DNA of 63,036 nucleotides, the filler included, from Octopus bimaculoides (lineage: Eukaryota): NCBI RefSeq assembly GCF_001194135.2. It is 8 parts of 6 records of this genome, joined end to end, with 100 filler letters (N's around TTAATTAATTAA, not from the genome) between each part and the next. Parts side by side here need not be neighbours in the genome. Positions count along the whole stretch, not along the records: positions 1 to 5,393 come from NC_069003.1; positions 5,494 to 12,526 come from NC_068981.1; 6 more parts are not named here. One strand, given 5' to 3'. Under the pieces are notes generated by a model. That model saw only the letters and a program-made list of their open reading frames with translations. It searched no databases and was not told the origin of the DNA. Positions within the stretch are counted from its first letter, which is position 1. Each line of letters starts with the position of its first letter. The position numbers were made by a program, and so were the translations under genes. This document shows positions 1 to 11,820 of this stretch, one piece after another.

Positions 1-1380
1 GTGTGTGTGTGTGTGTGTGTGTGTGACGGACTTCTTCCAGTTTCCGTCTACCAAAACCATTCGCAAACGTTCGGTCGGCCTGAGGTTATACTACAAGATG
101 TTCACCCAAGGTGATACGCAGTGAGATTGAACAGAGAACCATGTGGTTGGGAAGCGACCTATATTTAGCTTCATATACCTACAGATACAAGTATAAATGT
201 ATATAGACATATACATATATATATATATATATAAAGGTATACAAATCAATATCTATCTCTCCATCTTGGTTACAAACACACAAGCATACACACACATCTA
301 TATATATATATATATGTGTGCATGGGCACTCATATAAGGGATAACCATTTATTCCTTATACTAATATTGAAATATTTTACGAATAATTTTAAACGATTCG
401 CCTCAAGAAATATATATTTACCTAAAGTTGTTATATTTAAAGATCGATATAATACATTTACCTTTAGATATATTATAGGTAAAGGTCAAATTCATTTCCC
501 CAATAATCTCTATGTATTGTTTGTATCAAAGATGTGTAAGGGCTTTTACGAATGTGTGCGTGAGAGAGAAGGAAAGAGAGAGAGATGGGGGTGGGTGTTA
601 AGAAGCAAGGAACAGCCACAAACAATTACCTACCCCAACCCTATACGACCTCCCACTCACCTTCTTTAAAAAGTTAAAAACAGAAAGAAAGAAAGAAAGG
701 AAGAAGCTATTCAATTGTGTGTGTTTTAGATGGGGGTGGGAGTTAAAGCAGAAGATAGCAGTCCGAAATAGAGACCTAACCTACACCCATACCATCTTAT
801 CCTTACCCTCTTTAATAAAGGAACGAAAGAGAGAGGCTAATAAGATGTGTGTGTGTTTGAGAGGGAGGGGGAGGGACGGAGGGAAGGAGGGACGAAGGGA
901 GGGACGNNNNNNNNNNNNNNNNNNNNNNNNNNNNNNNNNNNNNNNNNNNNNNNNNNNNNNNNNNNNNNNNNNNNNNNNNNNNNNNNNNNNNNNNNNNNNN
1001 NNNNNNNNNNNNNNNNNNNNNNNNNNNNNNNNNNNNNNNNNNNNNNNNNNNNNNNNNNNNNNNNNNNNNNNNNNNNNNNNNNNNNNNNNNNNNNNNNNNN
1101 NNNNNNNNNNNNNNNNNNNNNNNNNNNNNNNNNNNNNNNNNNNNNNNNNNNNNNNNNNNNNNNNNNNNNNNNNNNNNNNNNNNNNNNNNNNNNNNNNNNN
1201 NNNNNNNNNNNNNNNNNNNNNNNNNNNNNNNNNNNNNNNNNNNNNNNNNNNNNNNNNNNNNNNNNNNNNNNNNNNNNNNNNNNNNNNNNNNNNNNNNNNN
1301 NNNNNNNNNNNNNNNNNNNNNNNNNNNNNNNNNNNNNNNNNNNNNNNNNNNNNNNNNNNNNNNNNNNNNNNNNNNNNNNN

Positions 1381-1461
<81 letters not shown>

Positions 1462-1759
1462 ATTTATTTATTTATGGGTTTCAGCCAAGTGGCTGTGGTC
1501 ATGCTGGAGCACCATATATATATTTATATATGTATAAATAAATATATTCAGTAATTCTTTGACTTCTTCCAGGTATGTGACCATAGCTATGCTGGAGCAC
1601 CGAATTTCGTCCCGGAATTCGACCCCAGGATTAATTCTTTGCAAGTCAATGACTAATTATATCGGTACCTTTGCCGAACGGCTACATCAACGTCGGTTAT
1701 GAAGCGATAGTTGGGACAGAGAAAAAACAAACAGACACACTCACACACATACACACGCA

Positions 1760-1800
<41 letters not shown>

Positions 1801-2550
1801 CGGACTTCTTCCAGTTTCCGTCTAACAAAGCCACTCGCAAAAGTTTGGTCGGCCTGAGGTTATACTACAAGATGTTCACCCAAGGTGATACGTAGTGAGA
1901 TTGAACAGAGAACCATGTGGTTGGGAAGCGACCTATATTTAGCTTCATATACCTAAAGATACGTATACAAATATATGCAGATATATATATATATACATAT
2001 AAATGTATATAAATCAATATATATATATCCATCTAGCATACAAACGCACAAACACAGTTTTACCTTTTATTACTTATACCAATATTGAAATCTTATACGA
2101 ACAATTTTAAACGAATCGTTAAAAGTAATATATATTATTTTTACCTCAAAACACGTTATATTTATATTTAAATATAGATATAATGCATTTACATCTAAAT
2201 ATATTATGGTTAATGGTAAAAGTCCATCGGATGGCTCACGATGGAGGTCACGCATGGATTGTTACGTCCAAAGCTTACGACGCAATACTACCGAAATTTC
2301 CCCAATAGATTTCATGGATGTTTTGTACCTGAGATGCGTATATGTAAGGGCTTATACGAATGTGTGTGTGTGAGAGAGAGGAGGAAAGAGATAGATAGAG
2401 AGAGAGCGAGAGACAGAGAAGGAGGGAGTGAAGCAGCCAAAACCAGCCACATGCAACGACGTACCTCACGCCTATACCAGCTCAAACATACCTTCTTTAA
2501 AATTTTAAATAAATAAAGACAGAAAGGTATATATACACATATATATACCG

Positions 2551-2593
<43 letters not shown>

Positions 2594-3096
2594 CATATAT
2601 ATACATAAATAAGCATATATATACATAAATAAGCATATATATATATATATATATGCAAGGGCACTCATATAAGGAATAACCTTGTATTCCTTATACCAAT
2701 ATTGAAATCTTTTACGAACAATTTTAAACGATTCGCCTCAAGTAATATATATGTACCTAAAATTGTTATATTTAAAGAGAGATATAATATATTTATCTTT
2801 AAATATATTATAGTTAAAGGTAAAAATTCATCGTATGGCCCACGATGGAGGTCACGCATGTATTGTTGCGTCCACTGGTTATGACACAGTACTACCGAAA
2901 TTTCCTCAATATCTTTTAATGTATTGTTGTACCAAAGATGTGTATGTGTAAGGACCTTTAAGAATGTATGTGAGAGAGAAGGAAAGAGAGGGAGAGGGAG
3001 AGAGATGGGGGTGGGTGTTAAGAAGCAAGGAACAGCCACAAACAACTACCTACCCCAACCCTATACGACCTCCCACTCACCTTCTTTAAAAAGTTA
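1..3096. repeat. Local tandem/segmental duplication: SINE-head block twice and an AT-rich 0.35-0.45 kb module three times
   Basis: 24-190 is near-identical to 1797-1965, including non-SINE flank. A module starting tt(t/g)att(c/a)cttatac(t/c)aatattgaaat recurs at ~347, ~2065 and ~2683, and each copy ends ...cttctttaaaa. Confidence 0.85.
1480..1935 (-). mobile_element. SINE family A copy (tRNA-like head + (TA)n + 3' module), diverged
   Basis: Reverse complement of the modules seen in the full copy at 11413-11820. Confidence 0.8.
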
Positions 3097-3278
3097 NNNN
3101 NNNNNNNNNNNNNNNNNNNNNNNNNNNNNNNNNNNNNNNNNNNNNNNNNNNNNNNNNNNNNNNNNNNNNNNNNNNNNNNNNNNNNNNNNNNNNNNNTTTC
3201 GAAAAAAAGTTTCTCCCATAGTTTTTAAGTGTGTAATGCGATTAAAATCGGTCCTAAGGAAGGAAAGGTAGAAAAAAA

Positions 3279-3530
3279 GGTAATTTTTCTGATTAACACC
3301 CGCACGATATTCACTAGGGTGTTAGGGTTAGGGTTAGGGGTTAGGATTTTAGGGTTAGGGTTTTAAGGTTAGGGTTTTANNNNNNNNNNTTAGGGTTTTA
3401 AGGTTAGGGTTTTAGGGTTTGGGAATTCCGTCCCTAACCCTGACCCTAACACTAACCCTAACCCTGACCTTAAAACCTTAACCCTAACCCCCTAGTGAAG
3501 ATCGTGCGAGTGTAAATCTGAAAAATTACC
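3279..3530. repeat. Foldback with head-to-head telomere-like arrays (TTAGGG)n...(CCCTAA)n and ~42-bp unique inverted arms
   Basis: ggtaatttttctgattaacacccgcacgatattcactaggg (3279-) is the near-perfect reverse complement of ccctagtgaagatcgtgcgagtgtaaatctgaaaaattacc (-3530); GGAATTCC lies at the strand switch. Confidence 0.9.
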
Positions 3531-5109
3531 GAAAAAAATTACCGTGCGTTGTGCCCACAAAATCGACCAAAATCAGTTGAAGNNNNNNNNNNAATTACCG
3601 TGCGTTGTGCCCACAAAATCGACCAAAATCAGTTGAAGGGGGTTGGGGTTAACACTGGGAAGGATGAAGATTTTGAAAACCCCCAAAGCACGTTTTCAAA
3701 GAAAAAAAAAATGAAAATGGGCGCGGTCCATGTCCTTTACCTCCGCTACGTTAATATCGTTGTTGAGAAAACAAATTTACAGAGCAAAATTTCTGAGTAA
3801 AAAGCAATATATTTANNNNNNNNNNNNNNNNNNNNNNNNNNNNNNNNNNNNNNNNNNNNNNNNNNNNNNNNNNNNNNNNNNNNNNNNNNNNNNNNNNNNN
3901 NNNNNNNNNNNNNNNNNNNNNNNNNNNNNNNNNNNNNNNNNNNNNNNNNNNNNNNNNNNNNNNNNNNNNNNNNNNNNNNNNNNNNNNNNNNNNNNNNNNN
4001 NNNNNNNNNNNNNNNNNNNNNNNNNNNNNNNNNNNNNNNNNNNNNNNNNNNNNNNNNNNNNNNNNNNNNNAGGACCACGAGTTCTCAACAACTATTATAC
4101 ATATACAATTGACACTAATTTTATATATAAGATATATATCTATGCAGTGGCCCGGGAACAAAATTTGCTTAGGGGGTGNNNNNNNNNNNNNNNNNNNNNN
4201 NNNNNNNNNNNNNNNNNNNNNNNNNNNNNNNNNNNNNNNNNNNNNNNNNNNNNNNNNNNNNNNNNNNNNNNNNNNNNNNNNNNNNNNNNNNNNNNNNNNN
4301 NNNNNNNNNNNNNNNNNNNNNNNNNNNNNNNNNNNNNNNNNNNNNNNNNNNNNNNNNNNNNNNNNNNNNNNNNNNNNNNNNNNNNNNNNNNNNNNNNNNN
4401 NNNNNNNNNNNNNNNNNNNNNNNNNNNNNNNNNNNNNNNNNNNNNNNNNNNNNNNNNNNNNNNNNNNNNNNNNNNNNNNNNNNNNNNNNNNNNNNNNNNN
4501 NNNNNNNNNNNNNNNNNNNNNNNNNNNNNNNNNNNNNNNNNNNNNNNNNNNNNNNNNNNNNNNNNNNNNNNNNNNNNNNNNNNNNNNNNNNNNNNNNNNN
4601 NNNNNNNNNNNNNNNNNNNNNNNNNNNNNNNNNNNNNNNNNNNNNNNNNNNNNNNNNNNNNNNNNNNNNNNNNNNNNNNNNNNNNNNNNNNNNNNNNNNN
4701 NNNNNNNNNNNNNNNNNNNNNNNNNNNNNNNNNNNNNNNNNNNNNNNNNNNNNNNNNNNNNNNNNNNNNNNNNNNNNNNNNNNNNNNNNNNNNNNNNNNN
4801 NNNNNNNNNNNNNNNNNNNNNNNGTATTTTTTCATTTGTCTTACCCCCTTTTACAGTCTGTAGTGTAGCTAAATTTTTTACTGAGAACATATTTTTCGTG
4901 GTTAGATGATTCGGGCATCTATTTCTAGCATATAGGAAGTTCACTTTTGCTGGTCATTCCTCTTATATATATATATACACATACATACATATATACATAT
5001 ATACATATATATANNNNNNNNNNNNNNNNNNNNNNNNNNNNNNNNNNNNNNNNNNNNNNNNNNNNNNNNNNNNNNNGAGAGAGAGAGAGTTTGCGTGTGT
5101 GTAATGCCT

Positions 5110-5345
5110 AAAAAAATCGATTATTTATATTGAATTCAAATCTTAGCACAAGGCCAGCAATCTAAGGGAGATGTAAGTCACTTACATCGACCCCAGTATT
5201 CAAACTGATATTTTATCGACGCCGAAAGGATGAAAGGCAAAAATCGACCTCGACGAAGTTTGAGTTTCTTACGTAAAAACGGACGAAATGCCGCTAAGCG
5301 CTTTGCTCCGCGTGGTAACGATTCTACCAGCTCGCTACCTTAAAT
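5110..5345 (-). mobile_element. SINE family B copy
   Basis: Reverse complement of the ggcggtgagctggcagaatcg...ggccttgtgc consensus seen at 57209 and 32300-32890. Confidence 0.8.
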
Positions 5346-5393
5346 CGATTGTATGTAACCTTTCGTCTTTACGTTCTGAGTTGAAATTCTGCC

Positions 5394-5493
5394 NNNNNNN
5401 NNNNNNNNNNNNNNNNNNNNNNNNNNNNNNNNNNNNNTTAATTAATTAANNNNNNNNNNNNNNNNNNNNNNNNNNNNNNNNNNNNNNNNNNNN
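5394..5493. other. Artificial scaffold-join spacer (44N-TTAATTAATTAA-44N); identical spacers at 12527-12626, 20284-20383, 45664-45763, 54173-54272, 58711-58810, 61409-61508
   Basis: Seven exactly 100-bp copies; the 12-mer is palindromic and gives TAA stops in all six frames. Confidence 0.95.
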
Positions 5494-5519
5494 TAGATAG
5501 ATATTCTTTTATTATATAT

Positions 5520-5742
5520 ATGTATATATAAATATTCTTTTATTCTTTTACTTGTTTCAGTCATTTGACTGCGGTCATGCTGGAGCACGGCCTTAGAGGA
5601 TTTTAGTCGAATAAATCAACCCCAGGACTTAGTCTTTGTAAGCCTAGTACTTATTCTCTTGCCGAACCGCGAAGTTACGGGGACGTAAACACACCAACAT
5701 CGGTTGTCAAGGAACAACCGATGGGGGAACAAACATATATAT
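5520..5742 (-). mobile_element. SINE family A 3' module
   Basis: tttacttgtttcagtcatttgactgcggtcatgctggagcac... matches the reverse complement of 11640-11820. Confidence 0.85.
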
Positions 5743-6237
5743 NNNNNNNNNNNNNNNNNNNNNNNNNNNNNNNNNNNNNNNNNNNNNNNNNNNNNNNNNN
5801 NNNNNNNNNNNNNNNNNNNNNNNNNNNNNNNNNNNNNNNNNNNNNNNNNNNNNNNNNNNNNNNNNNNNNNNNNNNNNNNNNNNNNNNNNNNNNNNNNNNN
5901 NNNNNNNNNNNNNNNNNNNNNNNNNNNNNNNNNNNNNNNNNNNNNNNNNNNNNNNNNNNNNNNNNNNNNNNNNNNNNNNNNNNNNNNNNNNNNNNATGTA
6001 TATATATTTATCAAAAGTGCTTCCAGCCATCTTTGCAGTTTAGCCTTTTGTTGTAAAGGTCTTGTGTGTGTCTTGTCTTGTTTCGTTCCGTTTGACATGA
6101 TTGTAATAAAAGCCTGGACACGTTCCCGTCTTTTGTTGTGGCACACTTGTTTTAGAACTTGTACGAAGCTCAGGTCGGCACAGGCAGATGGTGTTTGCAG
6201 AACGACGATATTTAACGGTGTGTCTGGTTGCCTACGT

Positions 6238-6273
<36 letters not shown>

Positions 6274-7374
6274 GTTAAAATATTCAGAGAATCAAGAGTA
6301 GACTGGCTCACTCTTTCTTTTCTCCTCTTCTTCTCTGTCTTTCTCTCTTTTTATATATACGCGCATGTAGTAGATGTTTATAAGTATGTACGTATACATG
6401 TATGTGCGTGTGTATGTTGTGTGCTCAGGTAGACATAAAGAGGGAGAAGGAGGGTTATAATGAGAATGAAACAGAAGGCACACACACACACACACACGCA
6501 CACACACACACACACACACACATATGCACGTGTGTGCATGCATAAGTGTGATACATTCATAAATATAGAGAGGAAAAAGTTCTTACACACACACATACAC
6601 ATACACACACCTAAACACACAAACTCATAAGTACACAAGCACACGAACACATAAAAGGTGTGCGCGTCTCTGAATGAGGATGGGGAGATTTTCTTAGATG
6701 AAGAGAAGGATTATGTGTGTGTGTGTGTGTGTGTGTGTNNNNNNNNNNNNNNNNNNNNNNNNNNNNNNNNNNNNNNNNNNNNNNNNNNNNNNNNNNNNNN
6801 NNNNNNNNNNNNNNNNNNNNNNNNNNNNNNNNNNNNNNNNNNNNNNNNNNNNNNNNNNNNNNNNNNNNNNNNNNNNNNNNNNNNNNNNNNNNNNNNNNNN
6901 NNNNNNNNNNNNNNNNNNNNNNNNNNNNNNNNNNNNNNNNNNNNNNNNNNNNNNNNNNNNNNNNNNNNNNNNNNNNNNNNNNNNNNNNNNNNNNNNNNNN
7001 NNNNNNNNNNNNNNNNNNNNNNNNNNNNNNNNNNNNNNNNNNNNNNNNNNNNNNNNNNNNAGTGGGGGAGAAAGAGAAGTGGGGGGAAGAAAGAGAAGTG
7101 GGGGGAGATTTTAAGATTTCACAGAAGAAGAATCGTTACACCAGCCAACTCAACATAGAATTCTTATCAGAGATGATTTTGGATGGATCAGAAATGATTT
7201 TTTTATGCAGATTTCAAAATTATCTTAGTAGGTATAGATTTTGAGAATACACCGGTTATTTGGCTTTATAGATATGTATGAAATATTTTGCATTTTTCAA
7301 AACATTTGCTCACATTATTCCTATTTAATAAACATGCCTTGGGAAAATAAAAATCATCGAGCTCTTTTTTTATC

Positions 7375-7800
7375 GTCATCGTTCGGTGGGGCGACTTGCC
7401 TGGACCAATGCAACTCTTTCATGCCAGGTGTCCTGATCAAGGGATGTGGCATGAAAGTCTGGCTTAAGTTTTTGTCACATTGGTCTTTCGCTAAGTGAAA
7501 TATCTCGTCTGCGCAAGCCACGACTACAGATAACAGAAGTAGTTCACTGATAGAACTGGTTGATTCTGGCTGCTGATGGTTTGTCGTCTGCTCATCCGCT
7601 CAGCATCTAGTGATATTCGCCATTGACTCAATAAGTTTATCTCCCGAAATACTTTACATCCATCATGCTGCGCTACATGATTTCAATGTACCCTGGCTCG
7701 AGTGGCTACATGCTATTTAACTCAAAGCTAGGATCCTGACAAATGTTACTACTCCGGGTCATAGTAAAACTTCCGAACCAGGGTCCCACTACCTTATGCA
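7375..7800 (-). mobile_element. Possible degraded RTE-type LINE 3' fragment
   Basis: Minus-strand peptide ...DQDTWHERVALVQASRPT followed by a short GAT-like tail resembles RTE ORF ends; weak. Confidence 0.3.
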
Positions 7801-7871
7801 CTTTATGACCATACTCCTTTTCTATTAAGACATAATGAAAAATTATTAAAAAAGGTTCTTATGAAAATATA

Positions 7872-7955
7872 CTTTGATTAACATACAAGTATTCTTTGGT
7901 TGACATACAAATATACTTTGGTTGACATACAAATATACTTTGGTTGACACACAAG
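7872..7955. repeat. 22-bp minisatellite (ctttggttgacatacaaatata), ~4 copies
   Basis: Directly visible tandem units. Confidence 0.85.
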
Positions 7956-8421
7956 TGACCAAGACAAGAAGATAACACTACGTCGAATTAGCTCTGTTAT
8001 CAAAAGCGTGAATTTTATTTTGCAACATAATTTGAAGTAAATGGTCCATTCTGAGGTTGTAGAGATACCAATAAACTCTTTACAAACATAATAGACCCAT
8101 ATAGCAATCAAACTGGCGACTCTTCATTGATTCTTTACAAAGAAACTTAAAAGCAGTTTTACTGTAGAACAGCGATGTAAAGATACCCATCCCTGTTGCC
8201 CACTCTATCTACTTAAAAGAAACAAATGACATGGATGTACTGCATGATGCCATTTCATACTGTGTTCACCAATAATATCTCTGTGAAGATCTCAAATTTG
8301 CGGCCCTCTAGGTTCTGAGTTCAAATCCAACCAATACCAAATTTGCCTTTCACCCGACCAGAATCGGTAAAATAAAGTACCTGTCAAGTACTAAGATCGA
8401 TATAATCAACTCAGCTATCAG

Positions 8422-9620
8422 TATTATTATTATGTTTTTGTTTTTCTTTATGTGAGTTGCAGAGACGTTAAGGGACATCACGGTCTTGCATATGAAGATG
8501 CTAACAGGTGAGGTGTCATGCAGTTGAGAACACTGACGTCTGTGGAAGAAAGCGAAAAACACACAGAGTAAGGCTGCATTTACATGGAAAGAAGTTTACG
8601 TAGAATATATGAGATACCCATAAGTATGATATTTTGTAATTCATTCATTTTGGGACTGCCAGGGATTTGGTCTACGTACTTGTTTGCTCCTCTTGATATC
8701 ATTCCAAGTGCCCCAATAATAATAGGTAATACTATTGTTTTGTGTTGCTCCATTCTTCCGATTTCAATCTCAAGGTCCTGATATTTGCTTATTCTTTCAA
8801 ACGTTTTCAGATATTTGTTTTTGTCGGCTGGGGATGCAAGATCAGTCAGAAGACAAGTCTTTTCAATATGAATTTTCACAGCAAGATTTGATCGGTCTGC
8901 CTCTTTTTCCTGTTCACTGTAGATCTAAAGGATGTTAACTTTGGCGCTCTGGGTAACTTGTGGTGGCTTGTGTTCCCACCAATTATTTTTGTTGGGGAGG
9001 TTGTATGTGGGGCATATTGACCAGTGTGTGTACTGAACTGCCTTGTTAGGCCTTTGCAAGTATTTTGTTAGTGCCAGTCTGCTGCATTCAGAGATTATGT
9101 GGTCGATTGTCTCTGGGTGTTCTCCGCATATGCGACATGATGAGCCACTTTCATATTTCAGGGCATTACTCTGGTAACTCCTTGTTAGAAGGGACTGGTC
9201 CTGAGTAGCAATAATGTACCTCTCAGTTCCTCGATTGAAACCAGAGCATGACAGTCACTGATGAGTAAGGGCTTGATTCACATCAGGGTCCCTGATTCTA
9301 GTCCCTACCAATTCTCCTTAATTTATTGGGGGCTGGTTTGTTTGCAATAATTTTTTTATTTGTTTTGCCTTTTCTGTTGGGGATACATTTTTTTCGGGTA
9401 ATGGTTTGTCTTGTTGCATTTTCGGAGATACATCTTCGCATGTTTCATCACTGGGTGCAACGTTTTGGTATCTTCGTTTCAAAACCAGCTTTAACGTCCA
9501 ATCGTTCGCTTGTTGCAGGTGGGCAGAAAGTCCTATGGTTGTATTTTTCAATGAGAGCTGTATTAACCCCCGACCGCCATCTTTTCTCGGTCTGTGTCTG
9601 CTTTTGGGTGATGCGTAAGA
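8422..9620 (-). mobile_element. 5'-truncated R4/Dong-like non-LTR retrotransposon (CCHC + restriction-like endonuclease), degraded
   Basis: HHPKADTD..RKDGGRGL, ETERYIIATQDQSL, CRICGEHPETIDHIISEC and KYQDLEIEI...LPIIIGALG are read on the minus strand, followed by a 3' UTR ending in (TAA)n at ~8422. Confidence 0.9.
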
Positions 9621-10520
9621 TGCATCGTCATCAACTTTCGTATTTTAACGTACAAATGTTTCATTATGGTAACTTCATTTGTCATTCTATCTAGTGAAAA
9701 TCCTAAGGCGAAAGAAAAGTGACGACGTGTGCAAACCTAGCCCGCTGGAGGCACACATTTACAATCTACACAGTTACGATATACACATTCTACACATTAC
9801 AATATATACATCGTTGTTGTGTTTTCCAATGATAGGGACCAACTCAAATGGAGATTCTTATGACTGAGCAGCCTTTTTTAGAAAGAGCATAGTTCACCCA
9901 AATCATTGACATGAGGAAGCACAAAGAGATGGCAATCATCTGTGAAGACGAAGCAAACATTATGTATGTATGTCATTACTTAATTTTATTTCAAGATTTC
10001 TTGCAAATAGAAAAAGAGTCTTTTACGGGAATTTTAACATCAACAACAGAGTGTTTTTGTATGTATATATGTATGTATGTATACGTGCAGATTTGTATGT
10101 TTTGTTTTATGTATGTATTCTGATGCAGATAGTTGCATATCTAGACATGCTTATATATACTTAAATGATATACTTCTGCAAAGTTTTACAGATTTTTACA
10201 GATCTAGTGGTGGATTGGATCTGTAGTCTTCGAATCAGCTTTCTGTTTTCCGGTTTTGTATGTATGTCTCTTCTATTTTTTAATTTCTATAAATCTTCCA
10301 CTGAGGAGGGAGCCGGTTTCCAACAAAGATACAAGGCTCCATCTTCGGGATGTAGTTAACACAGACAAATTTACATTTGGAACTTGAGAAAAGTCTTGCA
10401 TATTTTCACACTGATTGTACTTGAAATGTATGAATTAGCCGGTCGATTTCTCTTTCTGAAAATCCCAGTTAATCCAGATTCTTCTTTAAGCATTTACTAA
10501 CAAAACCTAATGCTCCAACT

Positions 10521-11180
10521 GGATCTTTGTGGTTTTCGTCAGTTTACAGTTATGATTAGAACATTTCTTAATGTATCATATATATGTAATTTCTGAGGCT
10601 GAATTCAAATTTGTTATTCATTTAGTCCAGAAAAATTTTGCAAAAATGTTACAGGCGTTCAAAGTTTGATAATTTTCAGAATTTTCAGTCAACCAGAAAA
10701 TAGTGCATTCGCTGTCTTTCCCATCATCAGGGGTGAAGGTGGGAGCATCGGCATATCAGAACATTAAACTAGCTACGCGAAAAAATTAAATATTTAAAAG
10801 CTACGAACAAACGAACCATCTGTTACGAAAGCAAACAATTAAAGAACAAGTGGTGGTTACACTCCTTGTGCACATGCGCAGCATCTTTGGTTACTATAGA
10901 AACAGGGTTCTTCGCAATCAGCTATGGAATACGTGGTGCTTCTTTGCTTTGGTTACTATAGAAACAGACTTCTTCGCCACAGTGATGTCTAAAACACTCG
11001 CTTCTGATTGGTTAAAATACCTAAATTTTGCAAATTTTAAACGCTAATAACTTCTTAATTATGGATTTGTAGGGAAAATGAATTTCATTTTCATAATTAG
11101 TATACAAAACTTAATCCATATACTAAATTTGAAAACAGTTGGAACGAAATTGTAAACAGTGACGAAAACCACAAAGATCC
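10521..11180. mobile_element. 660-bp non-autonomous DNA transposon (MITE) with 21-bp perfect TIRs and 8-bp TSD
   Basis: TIR GGATCTTTGTGGTTTTCGTCA at 10521-10541 and its reverse complement at 11160-11180; flanks CTCCAACT (10513-10520) and CTCCAATT (11181-11188). Confidence 0.92.
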
Positions 11181-11412
11181 CTCCAATTATTATTATTGGT
11201 ATGAATATGAATTCATAGCCTGGATATAGAAGCTGGAGTTTTCGAAGCAGTTGTCCATAGATAACCTATTTTTCTTTGATTTTCAAAGAGATATTTATAT
11301 CTGCTGGGCAGCTGACTTCTATGATGGTACATACCTTTGCCCCTCTGTCCCAAACAACAATATCCAGCCTGTTATGATTACATTTGACAGAAGTTTTGAT
11401 GGGAATATTAAC

Positions 11413-11820
11413 AGGCACAGGAGTGGCTGTGTGGTAAGTAGCTTGCTTACCAACCACATGGTTCCGGGTTCATTCCCACTGCGTGGCACCTTGGGCAAAT
11501 GTCTTCTACTATAGCCTCGGGCCGACCAAAGCCTTGTGAGTGGATTTGGTAGACGGAAACTGAAAGAAGCCTGTCGTATATATGTATATATATATAAGTT
11601 TGTGTGTTTGTGTGTCTGTGTTTGTCCCTCCCAACATCGCTTGACAACCGATGGTGGTGTGTTTACGTCCCCGTAACTTAGCGGTTCGGCAAAAAGAGGC
11701 CGATAGAATAAGTACTAGGCATCCAAAGAATAAGTCCTGGGGTCAATTTACTCGACTAAAGGCGATGCTCCAGCATGGCCACAGTCAAATGACTGAAACA
11801 AGTAAAAGAGTAAAAGAGTA
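11413..11820 (+). mobile_element. SINE family A, full length (tRNA-derived head, internal microsatellite, (GAGTAAAA)n tail)
   Basis: A-box-like TGGCTGTGTGG, B-box-like GGTTCATTCCC; many related copies in the window. Confidence 0.92.

Noticed and set aside
3537-3638. 46-bp direct repeat
   Set aside because: The identical sequence flanks a 10-N gap, typical of unmerged contig overlap.
5438-5449. TTAATTAATTAA as a biological homeodomain site or element end
   Set aside because: It is always centred in exactly 44+44 N, so it is an assembly linker.
9820-9872. C/D-box snoRNA (aatgatag...ctga)
   Set aside because: C box is incomplete and there is no terminal stem.
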